A DNA stretch of 64,000 bases from Eledone cirrhosa (taxonomy: Eukaryota): assembly GCA_964016885.1 (NCBI GenBank), contig OZ024757.1, positions 17,732,001 to 17,796,000 on the forward strand, in the 5' to 3' direction. A model generated the notes under the pieces. It did no database searches and was not told the DNA's origin. It saw nothing but the letters and a program-made list of their open reading frames with translations. Shown piece after piece: positions 51,777 to 64,000 of the stretch. The translations under genes and the position numbers were made by a program. Every line of letters starts with the position of its first letter. Positions within the stretch are counted from its first letter, which is position 1.

Positions 51777-54700
51777 ATCATCATCATCATCATCATCATC
51801 ATCATCGTTTAACGTCCATGTTCCACGCTTACATGGGTTTGGACGGGAGTTTTCCCACTTGAGGCAAGAGTGGTTGTCTTGCTCGCATAGGACTGTCTGG
51901 CGGGTTTTCTACAGCTGGATGCCCTTCCTAACACCAATCACATTTACAGTGTGGGACTGGGAGGTTTTTACCGTGTTGCCTACACGGCCACATTACAGCG
52001 TGGACTGTGTGTTTTTTTGTCGTGACACCTACACGATCTCATTTGTTTCGGCCTGGATGTTGTGGCACCAACATAACTTTACATTGAAAGGGGCGGTGTG
52101 GATGGGACGGGGGTGTATTTTGTTAGAGATGCCTACTGACTGTAGTAGGTTTTACTTTGTATTTAGGTAAGGCGTGTCTTCTCTATTACTGAGTGCCGCC
52201 AAAGATCTCGGTCCAGTGACATTGTCTTGGAGAGGTGTAAGTGTGTGAGGTCGGAGTTTATCAGGTCGTCCCAGGTTTTTCTGGGTCTGCCTACTCTGTG
52301 GCTACCGTCTATCTTTATTGCCCTGCACTTTTTTATACAGCTGTCGTCTTTCATGCGCATTACGTGACCATACCAACGTAGCCTTCTCTCGAGTAAACAA
52401 CATCTGATCCCTCTTATTTCTAATTTTTCCCTTAGTTCGTTTATGCTTTGCCGTTCGCGTATATTACTATTACACATCCAGCAGAGCATGCAAGCTTCGT
52501 TCCTCTCTAGTCTGCGTATATCCTCTGCACACAATGCCCAGGTCTCACTGCCATGCAACATTGCTGTTCGTATGCAGGCATCATACAGCCTGCCTTTCAT
52601 TTTTAGGGAGAACCCTTTAGCGGCTAATAGTGGTATAAGCTCTCTGAACTTTTTCCATCCAGTTCTGACTCTAGCTACTGTACTTTCAGAGCACCCTCCC
52701 CCACTGCTGATTTTGTCACCCAGGTAACAGAAGCTGTCCACTATTTCTATAGAACCCTCTGCACAATTGAAAGAGCTAGTATTTTGTGGGCACTTGCTGC
52801 TACTTATTGCACCAGAGCACCGGCCACATGTAAAATCTATGTTCTTAGTTAGCTTACCTATGATCCCACTACATCTTTTATGCACACATACTTTGCATTT
52901 GGGACATAAAATGGAGTTTCTACCTACGCCTTTCCTACACACTGAGCATGGCCATTTCCCGGAAGGGACCGGCGCCTTATTTTCTTTCCTACAAACTAGA
53001 ACTTTAGTCTTAGCCAGGGTAATTTTAAGGCCTTTTGATTCTAGGCCGTGCTTCCATGTTTGGAATTTCTTCTCTAGCTCGACCATTGATTCAGCTATGA
53101 GCGTTAGATCATCTGCGTATAGGAGTTCCCATGGGCAGCCGGACTTGAACTCCACTGTTATAGCCTGAAGGGCAATAATAAATAGTAGGGGGCTAAGAAC
53201 AGAGCCCTGATGAACACCGACTTTTACGCTAAACTCTTCACTATATTCGTTGTTAATTCTAACCTTGCTGACTGTTTCTTTATACATGGCTTGTATAGCT
53301 CTCACAAGCCATTCATCAACACCTAGTTTTCTAAGAGCCCACCAGATAATGGAACGGGGGACTCTGTCGAAGGCTTTCTCCAAGTCGACGAAATCTAAGT
53401 ATAGGGGTTTACTTTTAGCTAGGTACTTCTCCTGTAGTTGTCGTACAATGAAAAGAGCGTCTGTGGTACTTTTGCCTGACACAAACCCGAACTGCATTTC
53501 ATCTAGATCGATTCTCTCTCTGATTAGTTGCGCTATTACTTTTTCCGTGACCTTCATGACCTGGTCGATTAATTTAATGCCTCTATAGTTACTCCTATCT
53601 AGGGCGTCTCCTTTACCCTTGTAGCAGTTAATGATGATGCTGCTACGTCAGTCCTTCGGAACAACCCCATTCTGTATGACTTGGTTTACTATCCGGGTGA
53701 CCATGGTGTGTCCCACCGTTCCAGAGGCTTTCAGCATCTCAGCAACTATTTCCGAAGGCCCAGCCGCCTTACCCGTCTTCATATCTTTGATTGCCTTACT
53801 TATTATACTACCTTTGACTAACACTGCTGGTCCCTCTATTGGGTTGATGTGGGGTAGACTGTCTTTCTCCCATTTATTCTCCTCATTTAGTAGCCTTTCG
53901 TAGTGACACTTCCAAGCTACCTTCTTATCAGCATCAGTGATGGCAAGTACGCCATCATCATTAAGTACACACTTCTCCCCGACAATATCACGGTTTTCCT
54001 TGACACATTGCCTAGCAATCCTGAACACCTAACGTTTTTGGTCCTCGCGTTGTAGAACATGCTTGAACTTTCTTTCCTCTGCTTCCCTTCTTGCGAAGTA
54101 CACTTGTCTCCTAGCTTCCCTCCTGGCCACTTGATAGTCTTCTCTACTTCGCCCATCCCGCCATACTTTCCAAGCCTGCTTTTTGGCCTTAATTGACTCC
54201 TCCACCTTACTGTTCCACCACCATGTTACTCTCCTCCTGCCTACAGGCCTGCTCCAGCCACAGACTTCGTCTGCCGCCATCAGCAGGTTTGCTTTCAGGA
54301 ATTCCCACTGTTCCTCTATATTGTACGACTCTAATTGCTCTTCCTTACTGTCGAAAGCATCAAGTAATATGCTTTTAAATTTATTTCTGGCTGTGGGGTC
54401 CTTTAGCTTCCATATTTTTCTCCTGAGGATAGTCCTCTTCTGCTGTCGAGTACGTCTCGTCCTGACTATGAGGTCACTAACTATGAGTCTATGTTGGGAG
54501 GTGCATTCTTCATGGGGGAGGGATTTAGTGTTTACAACAGACACTCTGTCACGTCTTCTGGTAAGGATATAATCTACCTGGCTGGTATGTTCCCCTGATC
54601 TGTAAGTGATCAAGTGATTGTCTTGTTTTTTGAAGTTAGTGTTACAGATAGTTAGGTTATTTGCATCACAGAATTCCAGGATTCTGGAGCCTTCCTCATT

Positions 54701-54948
54701 TCTAGTACCAAACCCATAGCCTCCGTGGATTCCGTCATAGCCGTCACAATGTTGACCAACGTGGCCATTTAGGTCGCCAGCAATAATTATATAGTCACTG
54801 TCGGTTATTTGGGAGGTAGTGAGCATCAGTGTCTCATAGAATCTGTCTTTTATAGCGCCAGGCAGTCCGGATTGGGGCGCGTATGCCGATATTACTGTCA
54901 CAGTAGTTCTATTTAGAACAAGTCTTATTTTAATTATTCTGTCATTTA
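51777..54948 (-). mobile_element. Long RTE-clade LINE (APE endonuclease, RT, Cys-rich insert) with two in-frame stops, 5'-truncated
   Basis: VISAYAPQ, AGDLNGHVG, SQVDYIL, SQHRLIV (APE); DLEKAFDRVPR, GVHQGSVLSP, LYADD (RT); stops at ~54029 and ~53648; (TGA)n tail. Confidence 0.95.
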
Positions 54949-55502
54949 CATATATATATATATATATATATATATTAAATGCATCATTAAATAAAAGATT
55001 AAAAACAATGAAAATAATTAAATGCGTGAGGATGAAAGGCAAAGTTAACCTCAGCAGGATTTGAACTCAGATCATAAAGGGCCGTAACTCTATGCTGCAA
55101 AGCATGGCATCCGACCCACTACCGATACTGGCAATTCACCAACCTGATGTAATGAAAGAAATAATGAAGTGTGAAATAGTGGATCTTACTTCGTCAGAGG
55201 CGAGGTAAACAACGAGATGGGCTATTTCCTCAGGACCAGCCAATCTTCCCATTCTTTGACGGGCTACAAAATTTTTCATTGACTGAAAAAGAGAATGGAA
55301 ATTATCTAGTTATATATACATGGATACCTACACACAAACACGCACACACACACACTAACAAACACACACACACACACACACACATATATGCGTCGACAGA
55401 CTGATTTTTTTTTGTTTCAGAAGATCCCGTTAAGGGTCAAAGCATCGATTCTTTCATTAAACTTTAATCTGATTTTATAACATATATATATATATATATA
55501 TA

Positions 55503-56135
55503 TATAAAATCAAAAGATGGTTAAAAGAGTTCCATGTATTTTATTATGCACATTTCAAAAACAAATATCATCATGGGATGATATTTGCGTTCTCATCAGA
55601 TAAAATAGGGAGACATGATATGAAGCTTAAAAAACACTTGCAAGCAGTGAAGTCTTAAATCAACATATGAAAAATAAAGTAAGATGGATGTATGAGATTG
55701 GGAAAAAAAGGAAAGGAAGGGGGGGGGGGGAAGGTAAGGAAGAGGAAGAAAGAATATAATAAGAAAAAAATATATAATAATAAGGAAAGGATGATGGAGG
55801 AGGAGTATAAGAAGGAAGGATGAGAGAGGAGAAAATGAGTGAGAGAGAGATAACTTTTAATACTGAGAAACAGTCTCACAGAGAAAAAAAAACCAAAAAA
55901 CGTTGTTTTCCTTCCCCCCTTCCTTTCCTTTTTTTCCCAATCTCATATATCCATCTTATTTTATTTTTCATATGTTGATTTAACACTTCACTGTTCACAA
56001 GTGTTTTTTAAGCTTCATATCATGTCTCCCTATTTTATCTGATGAGAACGCAAATACCATCCCATGATGATATTTGTTTTTGAAATGTGCATAATAAAAT
56101 ACATGGAACTCTTTTAACCATCTTTTGATTTTATA
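55503..56135. mobile_element. Penelope-like inverted-repeat cassette with ~230-bp arms
   Basis: 55503-55735 is the reverse complement of 55910-56135. Confidence 0.85.
56031..56101 (+). ncRNA. Minimal type-I hammerhead ribozyme motif; antisense copy at 55537-55607 with a better-paired stem II
   Basis: TATTTTAT-CTGATGA-GAACGCAAATA..TATTTGTTTTT-GAAA-TGTGCA-TA-ATAAAATA; perfect 8-bp stem I; self-complementary stem III. Confidence 0.8.
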
Positions 56136-56402
56136 TCATTTATACTCCAGTCCTATAAACTGTTGAGTGCTTCTTATCCGATATTTGCATTGCTTTATTG
56201 TGCTACAATAAAACTCACCTCCTACATATATATATATAGTTAAATCTTAGACGGGAACAAAAACAGAGAGGCAGTACAAATATGAGTTTATTAGGTTCAC
56301 GCTTTTGAGAGATATGTATGTGTGTTTCATCATCATCATCAACATCTTCGTTTAACGTCCATTTTCCACGCTAGCATGGGTTAGACGTGTATATATATAT
56401 AA

Positions 56403-56935
56403 TCATCATTTTACGTCCGCTTTTCCCTGCTTGCAAGGGTGAGACAGGTCTTATTCAGCACAGCATCTCTCCACTCATCACGGTCCTTCGTCATCTCCAC
56501 CGTGAGCTTCAGCGATCTGAGGTCTGTTCTCACCACCTCCGCCCATGTTTTTCGTGGTCTACCTCTACCACGTCTTCCTTCAACTGGCATTTCCTGGCAC
56601 TTCTTCACCCATCGGTCATCCTCCATGCGCATCACATGTCCATACCACCTCAGTCTCCTCTCTCGCACACTACATTCTATCCCTCTCAACACATTTATGC
56701 TGGGTCGTTCACGCACATTGACATTGCACATCTAAAGGAGCATGCTTGCCTCATTTCTCTCCAGCCGTCGCATATCCTCTGCAGTTGCTGCCCATGTCTC
56801 ACTACCATGCAGCATCGCGCTCCTCACACAGGCATCATATAACCAGCCTTTCGTACGCAGGGAGAAACCCTTCTTCGTCAGCAGAGGAAGCAGCTCCCTA
56901 AACTTCTTCCAACCCGTCCTTATTCTAGATACTAT
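56403..56935 (-). mobile_element. Second RTE family, 3' fragment; related copy on + at ~57474-57852
   Basis: RERRLRWYGHVMRMEDDRWVKKC, GRPRKTW; short (TGA)n tail. Confidence 0.85.
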
Positions 56936-58434
56936 GATACATATATATATATATGTATGTGTGTATATATATGTATGTGTGTGTATATATATATGTATGT
57001 ATATAAGAAAATGAGGGGTTTTTTTTAAATAAAAAAATGAGATGTCCTACACGGATGAAAGTATAAGGAAAGGAAATCGAAAAGGCAACTGTAGTCTTTT
57101 TAAGAATATTTATTTATTTCCTTTACCAGTTGCACAGTTCTTAACCTTTTTAAAAGTAGAATTGAGGTGGAGGGTTTATCGAGACATGCTGGCCGGTATT
57201 GCAAGCCACATAGGACACTGGAATAGTTTCTTTATTTTCCTTGGAAGAAGAGATATTAATCTCGAACTATCAGAACATATGAATAAATTAAGGTAATAAA
57301 ACACACCTCATTTTTCACAACTAGATTATTTTCCGTCCAATCCACATTGTCGTGACTTTCAAACTTCGAATTCTTTATATTATATACAATGCTTCAAGTT
57401 TCAAGTAAATTACTAATTCCTTCAATATATATATATAACTACATGCACACACTCTCTCTCACACACACACACACGACAGCTGGAGAGAAATGAAGCAAGC
57501 ATGCTCCGTTGGATGTGCAATGTCAATGTACGTGAACGACCAAGTATAGACGAGTTGAGAGAGAAGCTGTGTATAAGAGGGATAGGCTGTAGTGTACGGG
57601 AGAGAACACTGCGTTGGTATGGACATGTGATGCGCATGGAGGATGACCGCTGGGTAAAGAAGTGCCAAGAAATCCCAGTAGAAGGAAGACGCAGTAGAGG
57701 AAGACCACAGTCGAGAAAGACATGGGCGGGCGGAGGTGGTGAGAGTAGACCTCAGATCGCTGAAACTCACGGAGGCGATGACAAAGGACAGTGACAAGTG
57801 TAGAGATGCTTGCAAGCAGCGAAAAGCGGACGTAAAATGATGATGATGATGATATATATATATATATATTCTCATTCTATGTTTTAATGAAGGGCTAGTG
57901 TTCGAAACGTTAAGATTTTTTCTTACTATTTCAAATGTTAAACAAATATATTTCTTCATTGTACTGTGCCGTTTGCTTTGTTATTGCACACACACACACG
58001 GATTTACCGTGGAGTTGACGAGGCGAATGCCTAGGGCACTCCTCATAGAAACAGGTGACACCATCGCCTCCGAACAGGACTCATTTTCAAACAGTGTCCC
58101 CCTCATGGAACAGCGCCTCTGCAAATTCTAAATAAGAGAAGGTGTAAGGTGGTTTCTGAAAGTTTGTTGTTATTATATGAGGGACTCACCAAACCTGAAC
58201 TGCCCCCGGACCCCCGAGATCGAAATATGGCCTTGCCTCTACACATGCAGTCCCTTACATCCTCATATTGAAATAACATTTCTCAAATACCGGTCGTACC
58301 GTTATCCAAGATGAAAATAATCATTATTTGTGAAAAGCGTATTTTTCTTTAGATCCTTCTGCATCTAGACCCACCAGGGCTGTCCTCTTCTATGTTGTAA
58401 TGGACACCCATTAACAACCTAGAAGAGAACAGCT

Positions 58435-58560
58435 CTGAAGGATTTTGATGCGAAAGAGCTGAGCTGGGAGGGTACCAAATCTGTTACAGAAGATCGTAGA
58501 AGATGGAGGTCTTTTGTTGCTGCCTAATGTTCCAGGTGGAACGGGAGGACCTAGTTATGT
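58435..58560 (+). mobile_element. Old RTE-type LINE extreme 3' end
   Basis: LSWEGTKSVTEDRRRWRSFVAA*CSRWNGRT. Confidence 0.5.
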
Positions 58561-59757
58561 ATCGTTAATTCTTGTCTAATAGTAGAGTGAAGCAACATTA
58601 TTTCAATACTGGACAGAACTAAGGTTCTGTGAGAGTCTCCCTTTCTCTCTCCTTGTCTCTCTCACATCCACACATTCATACACAATAAACAAAATGTTTA
58701 ATTTTACATTTATCGCATCCGGGTTATCACTGACACGTTCACGGAACGAAGGTGTGTCCACAGTACCTGTAAATAATAAGATAAAAACGTACACATACAA
58801 AGCTGACTAAAATCAAAAGAAATTAAAGCAATGCTTGTTTGGTTTTCTTAATATCCTTCGGAATTTATGCATAACTCACGATCCTTTGTGGGATATTGCA
58901 AATCTCTTATATTCATAATTATGGCTTGCAAAATGTTTATTTATAAACGTACCCTATTTCTTTAGATATACAAAATTCACACACACACACGTATATATGA
59001 TTTAAAAGATATATTTAGAGAGAAGCACATATCATTTGAGCAAAACACAAAATTTTGTACACACATATATATAGGGTAAATAATATAGAGGAAACTATAC
59101 ATACGTTAATGGTAAAAAGTTATTTTTTTCTTACAGCGCTATTTCATAGACGAAAGAACGAAGTAAAACTATCCATATCAATTGGTAACTTATCGATTAT
59201 CAATTGGTAAATCATCCCAATACAGTATCTAGCCATCGGAGCAATTGTACAAAATAACTTTATATTTGTCGAGACCAGAGAGTTTGTTTTAAATCTCTAT
59301 TCCACAAGGTGTGAAAAGGTTTAATGGCTCGGGCAAATATAAACAGGACTGGACTTTGGTTGGGCTAGAAAGAGCTCCGAATAAACATGTCCCGGTTAAA
59401 GCGACTCAAGAAATTAATACATCTGGAAGAGTTATATACTATGTTAAGGTATCAATACATATTTAATATGTATGATGATCATGTTTCTCAATAAATTAGC
59501 TCAATGTCCCTAGGTTCAGAGAATCAATTATTTAAATTTAAAAGATATATTTAAAGAGAGACATATATACAAATATTGTCTGATAAACACAGAATTCTGT
59601 ACATATATATATATATATATATACACACACAGACAAAATGCCAGCACCAACAGTTTTGCAAGAAATGTCAACATGAATGGACCTGTATTTTTATCTAAAG
59701 ACATTTTTTCCAATTCCATCCCGCCCGTCCCCTCAATCTATTTTATTTCTCATTCTT

Positions 59758-59793
59758 TCTTCTGATGAAGGACTAGCGTCCGAAACGTTAAGA
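59758..59793 (+). ncRNA. Very compact type-I hammerhead motif; degenerate homolog at ~57880-57915
   Basis: TCTT-CTGATGA-A-GGAC tagc GTCC-GAAAC-GTTA-AGA; palindromic AACGTT stem III. Confidence 0.65.
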
Positions 59794-60646
59794 CCCTCTT
59801 CTTGCTATATCAAGTGTTAACCTAATATATACCTTCCATATACTGTACCGACTGTGTTATTTCTGTTTACCTTTTACATATATATATGTATATAACGAAG
59901 GAAGTATGGTAAGGAACCAGGTGGACCATAATGGACCATAGTACTCAATACTCTGTAGAGTGGGTAATACGAAAATGTTCAAGACCTCGCCGGCAGAGCT
60001 CAAGCTGTTTCGACGGCAATTTCTGGACTCTTTCTTGAACATTTTCATATATATATATATATATATCCATATATATGGAGCAAATAATATACAAGGGAAA
60101 TAGATACTTTTTTCCTTACATTGCTGTCTCATAGTGATCGATTATCGATTACCAACTATCGATTTTGGTAAAGCACTGAAAGACAGGATCAAATCACCAG
60201 AGGAATTATCTCAATGTATGTCCCAAACTGTACAAAAATACACCATTTTAAAGTGTCTATATTTTCCCCTACATTATTTGCTCTCTATATATATGTACAG
60301 AATTCTATGTGTTTATTAAACAATATTTGTCTGGCAGTATTGGTAGAGGGTCGGACGCCATGCTTTCCAGCATAGTTACGTCCCTTTACGATCTGAGTTC
60401 AAATCCCGCCGAGGTTGACTTTGCCTTTCATCCTTACGGGGTCGATAAAATAAAGTACCAGTAATGAACTGGGTAATTGCTGGCCTTGTGCCTAAAGTAG
60501 AAACAAATTTTTGTCTTTCTCTAAATATATCGTTTAGATTTAAATAATTGATTTTCTGAACCTAGGTATATTCAGCTAATTTATTGAGAAACATAACATA
60601 TATTAAACATCACATATATTAAATATGTATTGATACTTCAACATAG

Positions 60647-60686
<40 letters not shown>

Positions 60687-60841
60687 TATTTATATATATA
60701 CACACACACATATATACACACGCACACACATATATATATATACACACACACACACACGCACATATATATACATACACACATACACACACACATATATATA
60801 TACATACACATACATACACATACACATACATGCGCACACAC

Positions 60842-60872
<31 letters not shown>

Positions 60873-60877
<5 letters not shown>

Positions 60878-61263
60878 AATGTAATCTGAGTTTTTCGAAT
60901 ATTAATAATTGTTTCTACTTTAGGCACAAGGCCAGCAATTACCCAGTGCATTACTGGTACTTTATTTTATCGACCCCGTAAGGATGAAAGGCAAAGTCAA
61001 CCTTTTCGAATATTAATAATAATATTCAATTTGTTTGCAATTATCAATTATGCAAGCAAGCCTCTTTTTTTAAAGACATGTCAGTAGAATGAACCCCTCA
61101 TTCTTGCTCTTGTGTTAGCATGTAAACAGAACTGTATGCAAACACAAGAGCAAGAATGAAGGGGTCATTCTACTGACTTGGCTTTAAAAAAGAGGCTGTT
61201 TGCATAATTGCAAGCGGATCGAATATTATTATTAATATTCGAAAAACTCAGATTACATTTATT
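60873..61263. repeat. Palindromic element interrupted by a SINE with an 18-bp duplication (TTTTCGAATATTAATAAT); one arm also at 16430-16575
   Basis: 60873-60909 plus 61003-61120 is the reverse complement of 61136-61263. Confidence 0.8.
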
Positions 61264-61412
61264 GTATTCAGCCATGTAGAACGATAATTGATATATATAT
61301 ATATATATCCAGTGAACCAATAAGGTATGATTTTCATGGGTATGTCTCTATTTATGAAACAAACTTTGTATTTTATCTGATGAAAGCGTACCAATGTTGT
61401 CTTGGTACCCTT

Positions 61413-62116
61413 ATCATCATCATCATCATCATCATCGTTTAACGTCCATGTTCCACGCTTGCATGGGTTTGGACGGGAGTATTCCCACTTGAGGCAAGAG
61501 TGGTTGTCTTGCTCGCATAGGACTGTCTGGCGGGTTTTCTACAGCTGGATGCCCTTCCTAACACCAACCACATTTACAGTGTGGGGCTGGGAGGTTTTTA
61601 CCGTGTTGCCTACACGGCCACATTACAGCGTGGACTGTGTGTTTTTTTGTCGTGACACCTACACGATCTTATTTGTTTCGGCCTGGATGTTGTGGCACCA
61701 ACATAACTTTACATTGAAAGGGGCGGTGTGGATGGGACGGGGGTATATTTTGTTAGAGATGCCTACTGACTGTAGTAGGTTTTTACTTTGTATTTAGGTA
61801 AGGTGGGTCTTCTCTATTACTGAGTACCGCCAAAGATCTCGGTCCAGTGACATTGTCTTGGAGAGGTGTAAGTGTGTCAGGTCAGAATTTATCAGGTCGT
61901 CCCAGGTTTTTCTGGGTCTGCCTACTCCGTGGCTACCGTCTATCTTTATTGCCCTGCACTTTTTTATACAGCTGTCGTCTTTCATGCGCATCACGTGACC
62001 ATACCAACGTAGCCTTCTCTCGAGTAAACAACATCTGATCCCTCTTATTTATAATGTTTCCCTTAGTTCGTTTATGCTTTGCCATTCGCGTATATTACTA
62101 TTACACATCCAGCGGA

Positions 62117-62120
<4 letters not shown>
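61413..62120 (-). mobile_element. 5'-truncated RTE LINE
   Basis: Same family as 51777-54948. Confidence 0.92.
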
Positions 62121-62167
<47 letters not shown>

Positions 62168-62230
62168 GATATTAAATAAATGAAAACTATATTTATAAAA
62201 CCATATTTATTAAATATATATCATATATCA

Positions 62231-62731
62231 TCATTATCTATAAAAGGCAGATTGTTGTTGTGTGTGTGTGTGTGTGTGCATGTTCCATGTTTATACATTT
62301 GCACAATTTCAAACCGATTCGACTCAACGTCTATAAGAATGTTGTAAATGGTCTAACTTAGGTCAACGACTATTTATTTCATTCAAACTCACCCACAATT
62401 ATGGAAATAAACGATAAAACTAAATACATGACGCTTTACCCCTCTAATAGAATCTGATTGCCTCTCTCTACTCCCCTTAAAATTTGATAAAACTACATAC
62501 ATGCTTACAAACTTCCTTTAGGAACGCCAAAGAGAGAGAGAGAACGTTTGTTTTTGAGTGTGGAATGGTCAAACATTTATTTACTTCAATGACAAAGAGA
62601 ACTTATTACATTTCACACTAAACAACAATTATTCAAAAGCAACAGACAAATTTATTCAACAAAAAAAATAGCGATAAATCTTTTTTAAAACCTCTCAACG
62701 AACGTGGAAGAAAGAAGTATCAGTTTATTTA
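62231..62731 (+). mobile_element. 5' half of the Helitron family seen at 9830-10929
   Basis: Colinear homology with ~9830-10432. Confidence 0.8.
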
Positions 62732-63258
62732 CAGACAGACAGGCGGATAGACAGATAGACAGACAGACAGAGAGACAGGTGGATAGACAGATAGACAGAC
62801 AGACAGACAGACAGGTGGATAGACAGACAGACAGAGAGACATACAGGTGGATAGACAGACAGACAGACAGAGAGACAGACAGGTGGATAGACAGATAGAC
62901 AGACAGACAGGCGGATAGACCGGATAGACAGACAGACAGACAGAGAGACAGACAGGTGGATAGACAGATAGACAGACAGACGGATAGACAGATAGACAGA
63001 CAGACAGACAGAGAGACATACAGGCGGATAGACAGACAGACAGGCGGATAGACCGGATAGACAGACAGGCGGATAGACAGACAGAGAGACAGACAGGCGG
63101 ATAGACAGATAGACAGACAGACAGGCGGATAGACAGACAGAGAGACAGACAGGCGGATAGACAGATAGACAGACAGACAGGCGGATAGACAGAGAGACAG
63201 ACAGACAGATAGACAGAGAGACAGACAGACAGACAGACAGATAGACAGACAGATAGAC

Positions 63259-63289
<31 letters not shown>

Positions 63290-63380
63290 TAGAGAGACAG
63301 GTAGACAGAGAGACAGACAGACAGACAGACAGAGAGACAGAGAGACAGACAGACAGAGAGACAGAGAGACAGAGAGACAA
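62731..63380 (+). repeat. (GACA/GATA)n compound microsatellite
   Basis: Direct reading. Confidence 0.95.
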
Positions 63381-64000
63381 ATTTCTGTTTATTTGCCACT
63401 AGGGCACAAAAGAAAGGGACATGTACATGGGTGGGGGGAGTTTACATAAAAATCGAGTAAGAAAAATATAACAAACAAAATAATAACAAGAAGATCCTCA
63501 ATAGGGAGGGATCGTTTTGGGGTCACACACACCCCCGAAAAAAGTGTGCGACCCTTCTCCACGGGAGCACAAAGAGAGGGTGCTCCCTCCTTTCTGTTCC
63601 ACCTACAGGCTGAGGTAGAGAGAAGGCCCATTCACACGGGCCATTCTCGCAACTTTCACCCACCTTTCATAAAACTGGCTGGAGAGGAGCACCTCTCTCT
63701 CCATCCTGATCCTTCTTCCGAAATGGTATCGGAAGAAAAGGACCAGTTGTTGGCCGGAGAGAAAGGTGTCCGACCTCAGCCCTTTCAGACGCGTCCACCA
63801 TATAGCCTCTTTTACCATGGCTATTACACAGAGGAAGACCGCCTCTCCTTCATTTTTGAAGGGGGGAGGCGGCTTGATCGTTACAATGGACTCGGTGGTC
63901 AACCTAATTGGTCCCACCCGTGACAGCAGTTGTTCAACATAGCCCCACAGATCGGCAACGCCCGGGCAGTGCACCAATGCGTGCGCGACGGTTTCCTCGT
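63381..64000 (-). mobile_element. Tx1/L1-like LINE 3' end, continuing beyond the window
   Basis: ORF 63603-63977 matches the decayed frame at 1260-1635; ends GTGGCAAATAAACAGAAAT followed by microsatellite. Confidence 0.88.

Noticed and set aside
60330-60420. tRNA gene (A/B boxes)
   Set aside because: It continues into the SINE core and is one of many diverged SINE heads with no cloverleaf

Overview
Eukaryotic, extremely repeat-rich animal DNA. The SINE and LINE families resemble those of Octopus/coleoid cephalopods, but the taxon is inferred, not proven. None of the long ORFs in the supplied track is a host gene. The real gene is split into short exons on the + strand: seven GT-AG exons (2071-2166, 7435-7660, 8177-8300, 12435-12510, 16875-16969, 19517-19616, 27228-27368) splice in phase into the S6-to-C-terminus half of a KCNQ1/Kv7.1-type potassium channel. 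Its 5' half lies upstream of the window. The rest is transposon debris and tandem repeats: Tx1/L1-like, RTE, CR1-like and CRE-clade non-LTR retrotransposons, a Naiad-like Penelope element, Helitrons (one with a PIF1 helicase remnant), a hAT MITE, tRNA-SINEs, and satellites with 21, 22, 28, 33, 34 and 44 bp units. The most striking signal is a set of minimal type-I hammerhead ribozyme motifs from several families. Most sit in long inverted-repeat cassettes, and several lie in sense orientation within the KCNQ1 introns. Satellites carrying RNA-processing motifs (poly(A) signals, branch-point/QKI motifs, splice-site mimics) also sit directly against KCNQ1 exons. Exon and ribozyme coordinates were counted by hand; repeat boundaries are approximate.
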